Counted from the first letter of the stretch, positions 1 to 10,810 are shown. The stretch: DNA of 64,000 bases from Lachnospiraceae bacterium (GCA_022510745.1 JAFLSY010000005.1:153427-217426); one strand, 5' to 3'. Numbers and translations: made by a program. Notes: generated by a model not told the origin, from the letters alone.

Positions 1-94
1 CGCACAGCCGTCTGCCCGGTTCGGAATCGGCTTTCTCCGTGAGCATGGCAATGATTTTATCATATTCTAAGGTGTGTAATACTTTTTTGTTCAT
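1..94 (-). CDS. mutS2: endonuclease MutS2, N-terminal fragment (gene continues past window start)
   Basis: Minus-strand ATG at 92-94 gives MNKKVLHTLEYDKIIAMLTEKADSEPGRRLC, which resembles the conserved MutS2 N-terminus. The ORF is open at the window edge, so it is absent from the ORF track. Confidence 0.55.
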   Translation of the reverse strand, partial: MNKKVLHTLEYDKIIAMLTEKADSEPGRRLC

Positions 95-112
95 AATAAT
101 TCCTGTATAACG

Positions 113-1177
113 TTATACGCTGACCTCTTCTATCAGCTCTAAAATAGTGTCGATCGCATTCAGCTGACGACTCTGCCTCATGGCTTCAATATAGGTCTGT
201 CTGGAACAGTAGAGTTCCTGTACCTTTTCTACCAAAAGATTTTCGCTCAATTCGTCCTCATCCAATACGATGGAAAAACCCTGAGAAGCAAAAGAATTGG
301 CGTTTAACAATTGATCTCCCCTGCTTTTTGTGGCAGGCAGCGGAATCAAAATATTGGGTTTTGCAAGGGCTAAGAGCTCGCAGATTGCATTGGCGCCCGC
401 GCGGGAAATTACCACATCCGCCATGGCAAAAACATCTTTTAGTTCCGCTTTCAGATATTCAAACTGCTTATAACCTTCTAATGCAAGAAGTGTGTTATCG
501 ATTTTTTCCTTACCGCAGAGGTGTACTACCTGAAAATCCTCTAAAAGTGCAGGCAAGGCTTTACGAACCACCTCATTGACGCTGGTTGCTCCCTGACTGC
601 CGCCTATGACCATGACTATCGGCTTGTTGGCACTAAATCCGCAGAGTTTCAGACCCTCTAAGCGGTTACCGCTTGCCAGTTCTTCCCTGATGGGAGAACC
701 GGTCAGTACGGCCTTGGAGGAAGGCAGATTCCGCAAGGTTTCCGGGAAGTTGCAGCAAACCTTTGCCGCAACGGGAATACAGAGCTTGTTGGCCAGCCCC
801 GGCGTCATATCCGATTCGTGAATGATGCAGGGAATTTTCAAGGCTGCAGCCGCCCGCACAACGGGGACGCTGACAAAACCGCCCTTGGAAAATATCACAT
901 CCGGCTTTAGTTCCTTTAAATACTTTTTCGCTTCCGAATAGCCCTTTAGCACCCGAAAAGGATCTGTAAAGTTTTTAGGGTCCAGATAGCGGCGGAATTT
1001 ACCCGTGGAAATGCCTGTATAGGGGATATCAAAATCCGCGATCAGTCTTTTTTCAATGCCGTCATAGGAGCCCATATAGAACACCTCAAAACCGGCTTCT
1101 TTTAAATGGGGCAGCAATGCGATATTGGGGGTAACATGTCCGGCGGTGCCGCCTCCTGTCAATACGATTTTTTTCAA
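113..1177 (-). CDS. murG: undecaprenyldiphospho-muramoylpentapeptide beta-N-acetylglucosaminyltransferase MurG
   Basis: ORF 113..1225 is MurG-like over its full length (GGGTAGHVTPNIALLP, GGSQGA). Start moved to TTG 1177 (LKKIVLTGGG), which lies 8 nt after GGGGAGG and clears the upstream gene. Confidence 0.9.
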   Translation of the reverse strand: MKKIVLTGGGTAGHVTPNIALLPHLKEAGFEVFYMGSYDGIEKRLIADFDIPYTGISTGKFRRYLDPKNFTDPFRVLKGYSEAKKYLKELKPDVIFSKGGFVSVPVVRAAAALKIPCIIHESDMTPGLANKLCIPVAAKVCCNFPETLRNLPSSKAVLTGSPIREELASGNRLEGLKLCGFSANKPIVMVIGGSQGATSVNEVVRKALPALLEDFQVVHLCGKEKIDNTLLALEGYKQFEYLKAELKDVFAMADVVISRAGANAICELLALAKPNILIPLPATKSRGDQLLNANSFASQGFSIVLDEDELSENLLVEKVQELYCSRQTYIEAMRQSRQLNAIDTILELIEEVSV

Positions 1178-1196
1178 AATAGAGCCTCCCCAGAGA

Positions 1197-1433
1197 TTAT
1201 TGTAAGGTTTCCAGCGCTTTAGCAAGCTGGTCCGGGCAGGAGGTGGGCTTAAAGCCGCACTTGATGCCCTTTAATCTTTCAATGGCGTCCTCCACCCTCA
1301 TGCCGGCCACCAGTTTGCTGATGCCCTGCAGGTTTCCGTTACAGCCGCCTAAAAAGGAAACAGAATCTATAATACCGTCCGTTACTTCTATATCGATGGC
1401 AGTGGAACAGGTTCCGGATGTTTGATATTTCAT
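1197..1433 (-). CDS. TSCPD-domain small protein (TIGR03905-like)
   Basis: 78 aa with GTCS...GGCNGNLQGI...CGFKPTSCPDQLA, the signature of the small TSCPD family proteins. Confidence 0.7.
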   Translation of the reverse strand: MKYQTSGTCSTAIDIEVTDGIIDSVSFLGGCNGNLQGISKLVAGMRVEDAIERLKGIKCGFKPTSCPDQLAKALETLQ

Positions 1434-1685
1434 AGTGTACCTCCTAAAAATACATGTGAATAAAATGATATTGGTTCTAAAATAGGATTATAACAGAAAT
1501 GAAACCGGTATTCCAGTGCCTTAGGCAGATTTCCCCAATTTTTAGGAAAAACATGGGTATGTATGTAGAAAAAGCATGTAATTTATCGACGAAATTTCGT
1601 TTGCACCATATTGTTTCGACAAGGCGGGGCATTTATAATTAATTTATCATAAACAGCAGTAAATTTATGCGTAAAGGAGGCGCCT

Positions 1686-2390
1686 ATGTTTCAAATATTT
1701 TATAAGGAACAGCTGATTACCATTCTGATGTTTACCCTTTTATTATGCAGCATTTGCAGCAGAATTATCATAGGAATACTATATCAGAATATGATAAAGG
1801 AAGCGGATAATATGTCTGCCACCAAAAATAAAGCGCTGAAACAATGTAAATTAAAATTTGCCAACTGCTATCAGTTAAATAACCGGGTTTCCAATATTCC
1901 TATTTTTGTGGACAAGTTTATCAATCGGCTGAAGCTGGGGCCTTTTACCTATCTGACGCTGTATCACCTGTCGGGGCAGATGATGCTGTTGGCGGTAGGA
2001 GTTGCGGGGGTGGGCATTTGTAAAAGCATTATGGCGGGTTACAGCATAGGGGATATTCTTCCTTTCTACATAGTAAGCTTTCTGGGACTTTATCTGTACT
2101 TTGCGGTTTCTGCCATGGCAGATATCAAAGGCAGGCGCCGTATCCTGAAAACCAATCTGGTGGACTATCTGGAAAACCACATGGCAAATCGTCTGGCGGA
2201 AGGCGGCTTTGCGGAAGAGACCGGGGCGGAAGGTATCCGAAACGAGAAAAAAGAGGGTCGTACCAATATAGAACTGATGCCCATGCATAAAGAAGAGGAG
2301 GAGCCGCAGCCGGAAGAAGGACGGCGGATTTTTTCCCGTTCCGAGGAAAAAGAGTTGGAGGAATTGCTGAAAGAATTTCTCACCTCTTAA
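1686..2390 (+). CDS. hypothetical membrane protein with acidic C-terminal tail
   Basis: 234 aa ORF preceded by AAGGAGG. It has several hydrophobic segments and a Glu-rich tail. No family recognised. Confidence 0.5.
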   Translation: MFQIFYKEQLITILMFTLLLCSICSRIIIGILYQNMIKEADNMSATKNKALKQCKLKFANCYQLNNRVSNIPIFVDKFINRLKLGPFTYLTLYHLSGQMMLLAVGVAGVGICKSIMAGYSIGDILPFYIVSFLGLYLYFAVSAMADIKGRRRILKTNLVDYLENHMANRLAEGGFAEETGAEGIRNEKKEGRTNIELMPMHKEEEEPQPEEGRRIFSRSEEKELEELLKEFLTS

Positions 2391-2490
2391 CATATTTTAC
2401 CAAGGTGTATATTGAATTTAGTCAACAATTCTGCTACACTATGAAGGTGTAAAATCAAAGCCGCAAGGCGAAAGAAAAGGAGCAGAAGAG

Positions 2491-3840
2491 ATGAGTACGA
2501 AAGTGACGTTTGATTATTCGAAAACGGCGCCCTTTATTAAGGAAGCGGAGATTGAGAACATAAAGACGCAGGTGCTGGCGGCAAAAGAAACGCTGGTATC
2601 CGGCACGGGTGCGGGGAATGATTTCCTGGGCTGGATCAATCTGCCTGTAGATTATGACAAAGAAGAGTTTGCCCGGATCAAGGCGGCAGCCAAGAAGATT
2701 CAGGAGGATTCCGAGGTATTACTGGTGATCGGTATCGGCGGTTCCTATTTGGGAGCCCGTGCGGCCATTGAATTTTTAAGACACAGTTTTTATAACATGG
2801 TGGACAAGAGCATCCGTAAGACTCCGGAAATCTACTATGTAGGCAACTCTATCAGTTCCACTTATATCAAGCATTTGATGGATGTGGTAGGAGACAGGGA
2901 TTTCTCCATCAATATGATTTCCAAGTCCGGTACTACTACCGAGCCGGCTATCGCATTCCGCGTATTTAAGAATATGCTTGAAAAGAAATACGGCAAAGAA
3001 GGTGCGGCGGGAAGAATCTATGCGACCACCGACAGAGCAAAGGGCTCTTTAAAGCATGTTGCGGATGAGGAAGGTTATGAAACCTTTGTTGTTCCCGATA
3101 ATATCGGAGGACGTTTTTCCGTACTGACGGCAGTAGGGCTTCTGCCCATCGCGGTCAGCGGTGCGGATATCGACAAGCTGATGGAGGGTGCGGCTGACGC
3201 AAGAGGACGCGCGCTGGAGAATGCCTTTGAAGAGAACGATGCACTGAAGTATGCGGCTGTCAGAAACATTTTGTTAAGAAAAGGGAAATCTATTGAAATT
3301 CTGGCGAACTATGAGCCTAGTCTGCACTACATATCCGAATGGTGGAAGCAGCTCTACGGCGAGAGTGAGGGCAAGGATCAGAAGGGCATCTTCCCCGCAA
3401 GTGTGGATCTGACTACCGATTTACATTCCATGGGTCAGTTCATTCAGGACGGCACCCGCATTCTCTTTGAAACCGTGCTGGAGCTGGAGACATCCAAAGA
3501 AGAACTGTTTATTGGTGAGGAGCCGGTGGATTTGGACGGTTTGAATTATCTGGCCGGCAAGACCGTGGACTTCGTCAATAAGAGCGCTATGAACGGTACG
3601 ATCTTAGCACATACCGATGGTCAGGTACCCAACCTGCTGATCAAAATACCTGAAGTCAGCGAGTTTTATCTGGGTCAGCTCTTCTATTTCTTTGAGTTTG
3701 CCTGCGGTGTCAGCGGGTATATGAACGGTGTGAATCCTTTTGATCAGCCCGGTGTGGAGAGCTACAAGAAGAATATGTTTGCACTGCTTGGCAAGCCCGG
3801 CTATGAGGCACAGCGTGAAGAACTGTTAAAGAGATTGTAA
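2491..3840 (+). CDS. pgi: glucose-6-phosphate isomerase
   Basis: 449 aa Firmicutes-type PGI ([28 protein letters not shown] motifs) with an AAGGAG RBS. Confidence 0.95.
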   Translation: MSTKVTFDYSKTAPFIKEAEIENIKTQVLAAKETLVSGTGAGNDFLGWINLPVDYDKEEFARIKAAAKKIQEDSEVLLVIGIGGSYLGARAAIEFLRHSFYNMVDKSIRKTPEIYYVGNSISSTYIKHLMDVVGDRDFSINMISKSGTTTEPAIAFRVFKNMLEKKYGKEGAAGRIYATTDRAKGSLKHVADEEGYETFVVPDNIGGRFSVLTAVGLLPIAVSGADIDKLMEGAADARGRALENAFEENDALKYAAVRNILLRKGKSIEILANYEPSLHYISEWWKQLYGESEGKDQKGIFPASVDLTTDLHSMGQFIQDGTRILFETVLELETSKEELFIGEEPVDLDGLNYLAGKTVDFVNKSAMNGTILAHTDGQVPNLLIKIPEVSEFYLGQLFYFFEFACGVSGYMNGVNPFDQPGVESYKKNMFALLGKPGYEAQREELLKRL

Positions 3841-3928
3841 GAATCAAGAACAAAGATGATCAGAATAATATATTACGATGCGCAGACGTAATTTTACGTC
3901 TGCGCATTTTCAAAAGGGAGGAAAATTT

Positions 3929-4906
3929 ATGGACAGGATGCCCAATATCGTGATTTTGGAGAGGAACAGTGTGGGTACGGACGTTTCTGTGGAGTGCTTT
4001 GAAAAGCTGGGAAAAGTGACCACCTATCCCAATACGACCACTGCGGAGGAGGTCAGGGAGCGTACAAAAGATGCGGATATCGTCATTGCAAACAAGGCGC
4101 CCATGCGGGAGGCGGCACTGCAGGCTTCTCCCAACGTGCGTTTGATCTGTGATTTTGCCACGGGTTATGATAATTGTGACCTGCCTTATTGCAACAGCAG
4201 AGGCATAAAGGTAGCCAATGTGGTGAACTATTCTACGGCCATGGTGGCACAGCATACTTTTACCCTGGCTTTGGCACTGGTGCAGAAACTGGCATATTAT
4301 GACAGCTATGTCAAGTCCGGGGCGTACAGCGCCCAGGACAGATTTTCCCATTTTGGCCTGCCCTTTACCGAGTTGGAGGGCAAGACTTGGGGTATTGTAG
4401 GAATGGGGAATATCGGCAAACGGGTAGCTAAAATTGCCGCCGCATTCGGGTGTCATGTGATCTTTCATTCTATTACCGGAAAGAGTACCGTCACAGAGTA
4501 TCCTCAGGTGGACAAGGATACACTGCTTGCGGAGAGTGACTTTTTATCCCTGCACTGTCCTTTAAGCAAACTGTCCCGTGATTTTATTGACAGGGAAGCG
4601 CTGCGAAAAATGAAAAAGACCGCGGTGCTCATCAATGTGGCCAGAGGGCCGGTTGTGAATAATGCTGATTTATATGAAGGTCTGATAGCCGGGGAAATTA
4701 TGGCCGCGGGACTGGACGTGCTGGAAAAAGAGCCTATGGAACTTACCAACCCCTTAAGCAAGTTAAAAGACAGCAATCAGCTCATTATCACGCCCCATCT
4801 GGCTTGGGGCAGCGTGGAGGCAAGAACCCGGTGCGTGGAAGAGACCTATAAGAATATTGAAGCATATTTGCGGGGAGAGGACAGAAATATTGTGAATTCT
4901 ATTTGA
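3929..4906 (+). CDS. D-isomer specific 2-hydroxyacid dehydrogenase family protein
   Basis: NAD-binding GIVGMGNIGKRVA motif and the RGPVV...D...H catalytic region. Start set at ATG 3929 after GGGAGG rather than the ORF-track 3878. Confidence 0.85.
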   Translation: MDRMPNIVILERNSVGTDVSVECFEKLGKVTTYPNTTTAEEVRERTKDADIVIANKAPMREAALQASPNVRLICDFATGYDNCDLPYCNSRGIKVANVVNYSTAMVAQHTFTLALALVQKLAYYDSYVKSGAYSAQDRFSHFGLPFTELEGKTWGIVGMGNIGKRVAKIAAAFGCHVIFHSITGKSTVTEYPQVDKDTLLAESDFLSLHCPLSKLSRDFIDREALRKMKKTAVLINVARGPVVNNADLYEGLIAGEIMAAGLDVLEKEPMELTNPLSKLKDSNQLIITPHLAWGSVEARTRCVEETYKNIEAYLRGEDRNIVNSI

Positions 4907-4983
4907 CAGGGTCACTTTACCGTGATAACATACAAAAGTATGAAGAAACTGTTTGAGTATCTTTCAAACAAGGGAGGATTATT

Positions 4984-5769
4984 ATGAAAAAGAAGCTGAG
5001 TTTATTATTAGTTGTGTGTATGAGCTTGCTGCTGGCAGCCTGCGGCAAAAGTAAAGAAGCAACTACCTTTACCGTAGGTTTTGATGCGGAGTTTCCCCCT
5101 TACGGTTATATGGATGATAACGGGGAGTATGTCGGATTTGACTTGGATCTGGCAGCAGAAGTGTGTGAGAGAAATGGCTGGGAGCTGGTAAAGCGTCCTA
5201 TTGACTGGGATTCTAAGGACATGGAACTCTCCAGTGGTTCCATCGACTGTATTTGGAATGGCTTTACCATGAACGGACGTGAAGATGCCTATACATGGAC
5301 TTCTCCCTATGTGGACAACAGTCAGGTATTTGTAGTATCGGCAGATGCCGGTATCACTACCTTTGCTGATTTAGAGGGCAGGGCAGTAGGTGTGCAGAGA
5401 GATTCTTCCGCACTCAATGCATTGAATGATGAAGAAGTGCCGGAGAACATTGCGCTAAGAGACAGCTTTGGCAGTCTGACGGAGTATGCTGATTACAATA
5501 CGGCGTTTATGGATCTGGAAGCAGGTGCATTAGACGCGGTAGCTATGGATATCGGCGTTGCGGATTACCAGATCGAATCCAGAGGCGGCGGTTACATCAT
5601 TTTAGAAAAACGTCTGGCAACGGAGCAGTACGGCGTAGGCTTCCTGCTTGGTAATGAGGCGCTGCGTGATACCGTAGAGGCTACACTGAAAGAGATGGCT
5701 GAGGACGGAACCTTTGCGCAGATTGCGGAGAAATGGGGCTTAAGCGACAGTATTTGCTTCGGAAAGTAA
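4984..5769 (+). CDS. amino acid ABC transporter substrate-binding lipoprotein
   Basis: Signal peptide with an LLAAC lipobox and a family-3 solute-binding protein sequence. It is followed by the permease and ATPase genes. Confidence 0.9.
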   Translation: MKKKLSLLLVVCMSLLLAACGKSKEATTFTVGFDAEFPPYGYMDDNGEYVGFDLDLAAEVCERNGWELVKRPIDWDSKDMELSSGSIDCIWNGFTMNGREDAYTWTSPYVDNSQVFVVSADAGITTFADLEGRAVGVQRDSSALNALNDEEVPENIALRDSFGSLTEYADYNTAFMDLEAGALDAVAMDIGVADYQIESRGGGYIILEKRLATEQYGVGFLLGNEALRDTVEATLKEMAEDGTFAQIAEKWGLSDSICFGK

Positions 5770-5817
5770 GAGCAAGAATAAACTACATAGATAAAATACG
5801 ATAAGCGGGGTTTTAAC

Positions 5818-6468
5818 ATGAGTATTCAGGTGATGTTATTGCAATTAGGCAAAGGAATGATTGTATCAATCGAGATATTCATGCTGACCCTGCTTTTTTC
5901 ATTGCCGTTAGGTCTGATAGTCGCCTTTGGGCGGATGTCCAAGAACTTTATTATTCGCTGGATTGCCAAGGTATACATATCCATTATGAGGGGAACCCCT
6001 CTGATGCTTCAGCTGTTGGTGGTTTACTTTGGCCCTTATTATGTGTTCAAAATGCGCATCAGCAACAACTATCGCTTCATTGCGGTTATCATTGCCTTTG
6101 CGATCAATTACGCTGCCTATTTTGCGGAAATTTACCGCTCCGGCATCGAATCCATGCCCGTGGGGCAATATGAGGCGGCCAAGGTTTTAGGTTACGGAAA
6201 GGTGCAGACCTTCTTTAAGATCATTCTGCCCCAGGTAATAAAGCGGATACTTCCCGCGGTCACCAATGAGATCATAACATTGGTAAAGGACACCTCGTTA
6301 GCCTTTGCTATCGCGCAGGCCGAGATGTTTACCATTGCAAAGCAGATAGCGGCGGCACAGACCACGATCATGCCGTTAATGACGGCAGGCGTGTTCTACT
6401 ATATACTCAATCTTGTAGTAGCCACAGTGATGGAACGGGTGGAAAAGGCCTGCTCCTATTACCGTTAG
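5818..6468 (+). CDS. amino acid ABC transporter permease
   Basis: 216 aa HisM/GlnP-type permease (EAAKVLGY...FKIILPQ EAA loop). Confidence 0.9.
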   Translation: MSIQVMLLQLGKGMIVSIEIFMLTLLFSLPLGLIVAFGRMSKNFIIRWIAKVYISIMRGTPLMLQLLVVYFGPYYVFKMRISNNYRFIAVIIAFAINYAAYFAEIYRSGIESMPVGQYEAAKVLGYGKVQTFFKIILPQVIKRILPAVTNEIITLVKDTSLAFAIAQAEMFTIAKQIAAAQTTIMPLMTAGVFYYILNLVVATVMERVEKACSYYR

Positions 6469-6488
6469 AGAAAGGCTTAGATATTAAC

Positions 6489-7247
6489 ATGAAACTCTTG
6501 GAAATGAATCATGTAAAAAAAGAATTTGATGGCTTGGGGGTTTTAAAGGATATCTCTCTTTCCGTGGAGGAGGGAGAGGTGGTTTCCATTATCGGCCCTT
6601 CCGGTTCCGGAAAGTCCACTCTGCTGCGCTGCGCCACCATGTTAGAGCAGATGGACGGAGGGGAATTGATCTACATGGGAGAATATGCGGCCCGTATGAA
6701 AGAGGACAAATGTGTCTACGCATCCAAAGCGGAACTGAAAAAGCTACACCGCTATTTTGGGCTGGTATTTCAGAATTTTAATCTGTTTCCTCATTACAGT
6801 GTATTAAAGAATATTACGGATTCCCTGATTTCCGTGGATAAGATACCCAAACAAGAGGCAGTGGAACGGGCAGAAAAGCTGCTCGTGCAGCTGGGACTGG
6901 CGGACAAGCGGGATGCCTATCCCTACCAGCTTTCCGGCGGACAGCAGCAGAGAGTCTCCATTGCCAGAGCGTTAGCCAAGCAGCCCAAATTGCTGTTTTT
7001 TGACGAGCCCACCTCGGCGCTGGATCCGGAACTTACCGTTGAGGTTTTAAAGGTAATCAAAGAACTGGCAAAAGAGCATATGACTATGATCATCGTTACC
7101 CATGAAATGCAGTTCGCGAAAGAGGTTTCGGACCGTATTATTTTCATGGAAGAGGGTATCATTAAGGAACAGGGTACGCCGGAGGAACTTTTCGGCACGG
7201 ATAATGAACGCGTCAGGGAATTTATCGGCCATCTTTCTGGAGAATAG
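6489..7247 (+). CDS. amino acid ABC transporter ATP-binding protein
   Basis: Walker [10 protein letters not shown], signature LSGGQQQR, Walker [13 protein letters not shown]. Confidence 0.92.
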   Translation: MKLLEMNHVKKEFDGLGVLKDISLSVEEGEVVSIIGPSGSGKSTLLRCATMLEQMDGGELIYMGEYAARMKEDKCVYASKAELKKLHRYFGLVFQNFNLFPHYSVLKNITDSLISVDKIPKQEAVERAEKLLVQLGLADKRDAYPYQLSGGQQQRVSIARALAKQPKLLFFDEPTSALDPELTVEVLKVIKELAKEHMTMIIVTHEMQFAKEVSDRIIFMEEGIIKEQGTPEELFGTDNERVREFIGHLSGE

Positions 7248-7295
7248 AAAGAGCCGCTGCGGTACCGGAGAAGGAACAAAAGGAAGGTTGTCAGA

Positions 7296-7721
7296 ATGAT
7301 TGAAAAGTGTAAAGCCTTATTTGTAAAATATAGGGAACTTATTATTTACGTGATAGTGGGTGGAATGACTACGGTCGTTTCCTGGGGTGCCTGTTTTGCC
7401 GCCGAACTGTTTTTAAACACCGAGGTTTCCTGGCAGAATTTTCTTATCAACAGTATAGGCTGGGTAGCAGGCGTTTTATTTTCCTACCCCTTAAACCGCC
7501 GTTGGGTATTCCGCAGTAAAAATCCTCATGTGATAAAGGAGTTCAGCGGTTTTGCACTTTCCAGAGTTTCCACTTGGATTCTGGATGTATTTATCATGTG
7601 GCTTACGGTGAATATCTGGGGGATGCACTACTGGATTGCCAAGATTTTTATCTCGGCAGTATTGGTGACCATTACAAATTATGTGTTTAGTAAGCTGCTG
7701 ATATTTAATAAGAAGGATTGA
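7296..7721 (+). CDS. GtrA family membrane protein
   Basis: 141 aa with four TM segments and the N-terminal [13 protein letters not shown] GtrA-like signature. Confidence 0.8.
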   Translation: MIEKCKALFVKYRELIIYVIVGGMTTVVSWGACFAAELFLNTEVSWQNFLINSIGWVAGVLFSYPLNRRWVFRSKNPHVIKEFSGFALSRVSTWILDVFIMWLTVNIWGMHYWIAKIFISAVLVTITNYVFSKLLIFNKKD

Positions 7722-7812
7722 ACTATAATACCATCTTCTAAGTGAGATTAGATACACTTCTCAAAAATCTTCATCTATCTCATTTGTTTTTAGTCATCCC
7801 TATAAATATTGG

Positions 7813-8289
7813 CTATTCTAAAATGGAATTATCGTTTGGCCGGATATTTCGTATACAATCAACCAAATGGTCAGTCTTTATGGTATATGCTTCTAAGACT
7901 TCATAGCTTTTCTCTTTTATATTAATTTTTATAGGATAATGAAATCCAACGAATGCGCTTTTTTTCATTGCGTTTTCAAAAGCCTGCTCATCCGATAGAT
8001 CTATCAGAAAGAGCTCCATTTTTAGGACGGTGCTTTTTATAATATTATCTCTATCTTCATAATAATCGGTATTGCTTTCAAACGCGAAAGGCGCTCTGAG
8101 TGCTGCCAGTGCAATTTGTACATCTCGATATAATAGACCGTCCGGAAGCGGCTTATTGCTATAACAATATCTACTACGCAAGAAAAAACCATCGTTATCC
8201 ATCGAGTGGATGATATAATCGAATAATGCCTCAGAGTTATTCGGTGATAAAATAGAAGCAATCTGATTATAAAATTCATATTTTGTCAT
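7813..8289 (-). CDS. hypothetical protein (orphan, AT-rich island)
   Basis: 158 aa ORF lying 46 nt downstream of the 225 aa ORF on the same strand, with a GGAGG RBS. No motif recognised. Confidence 0.5.
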   Translation of the reverse strand: MTKYEFYNQIASILSPNNSEALFDYIIHSMDNDGFFLRSRYCYSNKPLPDGLLYRDVQIALAALRAPFAFESNTDYYEDRDNIIKSTVLKMELFLIDLSDEQAFENAMKKSAFVGFHYPIKINIKEKSYEVLEAYTIKTDHLVDCIRNIRPNDNSILE

Positions 8290-8335
8290 TGTAGCACCTC
8301 CTTTTTTGTTTTGTTTAGCACATTAACCCGATTTT

Positions 8336-9013
8336 TTACGATGCTTCTTTATCATATTGCGTAGCTCGTTCCTTCAGGATTTTAATATAATTGTTGAGCA
8401 ACTTTTCAAGATTAATTTTTCTAGGAGAGTGCCTCCAAGGTGCTCCTGTGCCTGCCAAATCTTTGAGAGAATCCTTATCCAATTTTCCATCAATAAAAAA
8501 CATTTCCAGCTTTTCTCTCTTAATCCATGTTTGGAGAGCCTGTAAAAATAAAGGGGAATCCGTATTCAAAAGGTCGAACAGAAAGTGTGGGAGATATTCC
8601 CAATAAGGTCTGCCTCCCCGCTGACTATTCCAGCGTCTGTACGGAAGAATCATGACATTGCAGCGCTGCTGTCCAAGCCGAAACAGTTCGGATAAGAGCA
8701 GTGTCAGTTCGGTAGGCGGCAGATAATTTTCAATGTCCGCAACGAGCTCGTCCAAGAAGGCAGGACAATCTTTTAATCCTTTATTCTTAGGTTTCAGTTC
8801 CTCATATTCATATTCTTTCCATGCTTCCCACGCAGCGTAACCAAAGTGATTCAAGACATAGCGTAACGGAAGCCAGAGAGACACCAAATTGTCTGCCAAT
8901 AGGTTGCCATTGGCCTGCAGACAGTCCCAATCATGGTTTTGCCGATACAGATCACCTGTTCCAGTATAATCTCGCCAATATTCAATTTTTTGTATGATTG
9001 GTGTATAGAGCAT
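8336..9013 (-). CDS. hypothetical protein (orphan, AT-rich island)
   Basis: 225 aa ORF, Trp- and Tyr-rich, with no recognisable catalytic motif. First gene of a two-gene minus-strand unit. Confidence 0.55.
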   Translation of the reverse strand: MLYTPIIQKIEYWRDYTGTGDLYRQNHDWDCLQANGNLLADNLVSLWLPLRYVLNHFGYAAWEAWKEYEYEELKPKNKGLKDCPAFLDELVADIENYLPPTELTLLLSELFRLGQQRCNVMILPYRRWNSQRGGRPYWEYLPHFLFDLLNTDSPLFLQALQTWIKREKLEMFFIDGKLDKDSLKDLAGTGAPWRHSPRKINLEKLLNNYIKILKERATQYDKEAS

Positions 9014-9236
9014 TTTCCGTTGTTTTCAGATACTTTTTGTTTTCTTACACTTGAGTTTTTCATGTATGTTTTTCTCCTTTATCAATGTATTTGCTTAATA
9101 TAAAATCATCAATACATTTTATATCCTATAGCATCTTAAAACCCTTGTCAAGAATTAATATAATATAATTTTATATTTGCATTTTATTTTAAATGGCATT
9201 ATAATATATTATTAGAGATAAAGGAGGCGCTCAATT

Positions 9237-9728
9237 ATGTATAATTACCTATTAGATGTCACAGCAGCCAACAAAAAGGTGGAAATTACAAAAGAGTTGG
9301 AAAACGCTATTATAGATGCTTGTCAGGATGCTAACACTACAACTAATTCTAGACGCTATGGTCGTGAATTTAGTTTTGTTTCTAGAATAGATTCTTGTAC
9401 AATAAGGCTTAGGCTTAAAGCAGAAAAACCTGTAATCGCTACTAGAGCCATATCTAGTATTACCAGAGCTTTGATACGAATCTATGATGCAGACAAACTA
9501 GAAACATTAAAGTATAATGGAAGCATTCTAAATGCAACAATTGCAAATGAAAACGAAGAATTCTCTCAAATATACTCAAATCTTGAACCACATGAAATAG
9601 TACAAAGTGTTGTAGAAATATTTTATGGACAAGAAAAAAAAAGAAATAAGGATAAAATAGTTGCAGGTGAAGCAGCAAAGCAAATAAGAGACATTGTAAT
9701 TGATTACAAAAATAGAACTCTAAACTAA
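9237..9728 (+). CDS. hypothetical protein (orphan, very AT-rich)
   Basis: 163 aa ORF after AAGGAGG, divergent from the 8336..9013 unit. No family recognised. Confidence 0.45.
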   Translation: MYNYLLDVTAANKKVEITKELENAIIDACQDANTTTNSRRYGREFSFVSRIDSCTIRLRLKAEKPVIATRAISSITRALIRIYDADKLETLKYNGSILNATIANENEEFSQIYSNLEPHEIVQSVVEIFYGQEKKRNKDKIVAGEAAKQIRDIVIDYKNRTLN

Positions 9729-10095
9729 ATATATTTTGAGGCTGTATAGAGACGCGAACTTACCGCACGCCTCATTTTCTCATTTTGGCGGCTCGTTGCA
9801 TTTGCCGTTCAGTATACACTCTCTGACAATCCTGTATTCTGTCACGCTCGGTATCACTTTTTGCCTTTGTTCCATAAATATATTCCCACTTTTAAGAGGT
9901 CAATCCGTTCATCTATCCGGTCAATCTCGCTCTATAGCTTGTCTGCCTTTCCTTTAGGGCAGCGCTCCTCGTCTGCCGCATAGACAGGTTTTATGCCAGA
10001 TAAGTTTCAATCCCAGTCTATCATAGGAACACTTTTGTAAATAAATAAAATCACTTCATAACACGAAATCCCTAGCAGGAAATAAAAGTAACTCG

Positions 10096-10125
10096 TTGAC
10101 ATGACCCTATTAAATAGGGTATAAT
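10096..10125 (+). promoter_or_regulatory. sigma-70-type promoter with embedded palindromic operator for the toxin-antitoxin pair
   Basis: TTGACA (10096-10101), an 18 nt spacer, then TATAAT (10120-10125). The spacer contains the inverted repeat ACCCTAT-TAA-ATAGGGT (10104-10120). Confidence 0.5.
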
Positions 10126-10148
10126 TGTGATGAACAAGAGGAATACTT

Positions 10149-10481
10149 ATGACAAGAACCTTTATCCAAACCACAGAGTTTACACAAAATTGGGAAAGGC
10201 TGGGTCTTATTGATCAGGATTTGCGATGATTAGAAATGGAAATATTAAAAAATCCAAAAGCAGCAAAAGTGATTCGGGGTACAGGAAAACTATGTAAGCT
10301 GCGGTTTGCCTTTAGAAATAAAGGAAAAAGCGGAAGTCTTCGAGTGTGTTATGTAGATTTCGAGGCAAAAGAAACTGTTTATTTGATAACAGCATATCCT
10401 AAAAATGAAAAAGATAATTTGTCAAAAGCAGAGTGCAGTAATATTAAAAAGCTGATTGCTGTATTAGAAGAAAATTTATAA
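10149..10481 (+). pseudogene. RelE/HigB-like addiction-module toxin interrupted by in-frame TGA
   Basis: ATG 10149 reads MTRTFIQTTEFTQNWERLGLIDQDLR, then TGA at 10227-10229, then in the same frame LEMEILKNPKAAKVIRGTGKLCKLRFAFRNKGKSGSLRVCYVDF...AYPKNEKDNLS. The ORF track shows only the 10236..10481 part. Confidence 0.7.
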
Positions 10482-10492
10482 AGGAGGCGCTC

Positions 10493-10810
10493 ATGGCGAA
10501 CGTATATGAAAGTATTTTAGCAGGCCTGACAGAGGCCGTCGAGGATGCTAAAAGCGAGGAGAAAAAGCTTAAAAGGCGAGTTGTGACAATCGAGCCAGTA
10601 AAAAATTATAGTGCGAAAGAAGTGCATAAAATAAGAAAAGAAACCGGACTTTCCCAAAAACTGTTTGCTGGCTATATGGGCGTATCCGTAAAAACCGTAG
10701 AGGCCTGGGAGGCAGGTACAAACAAACCCTCCGGTGCCGCAAGCCGTATTTTGAGTATGATGGAGCTGGATGAAAAGCTGACAGAAACGTTTCCCTTTGT
10801 AAAGCTGTAA
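10493..10810 (+). CDS. HTH (XRE-type) antitoxin
   Basis: 105 aa lying 11 nt after the toxin stop. Helix-turn-helix LSQKLFAGYMGVSVKTVEAWEAG. Confidence 0.75.
   Translation: MANVYESILAGLTEAVEDAKSEEKKLKRRVVTIEPVKNYSAKEVHKIRKETGLSQKLFAGYMGVSVKTVEAWEAGTNKPSGAASRILSMMELDEKLTETFPFVKL

Noticed and set aside
1589-1600. Perfect 12-nt palindrome ACGAAATTTCGT in the 1434-1685 intergenic region
   Set aside because: It is a single short palindrome without a partner site or recognisable regulator consensus, which is insufficient for a regulatory call.
3860-4468. 202 aa minus-strand ORF
   Set aside because: It is antisense to the 2-hydroxyacid dehydrogenase gene, which has clear NAD-binding and catalytic motifs.
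9750-9990. Possible minus-strand remnant of a recombinase coiled-coil region (…KADKL-stop-SEIDRIDERIDLLK…)
   Set aside because: There is only a short coiled-coil-like stretch broken by several stops, too weak to distinguish from chance. I mention it only because it abuts the 33-nt repeat at 10009.
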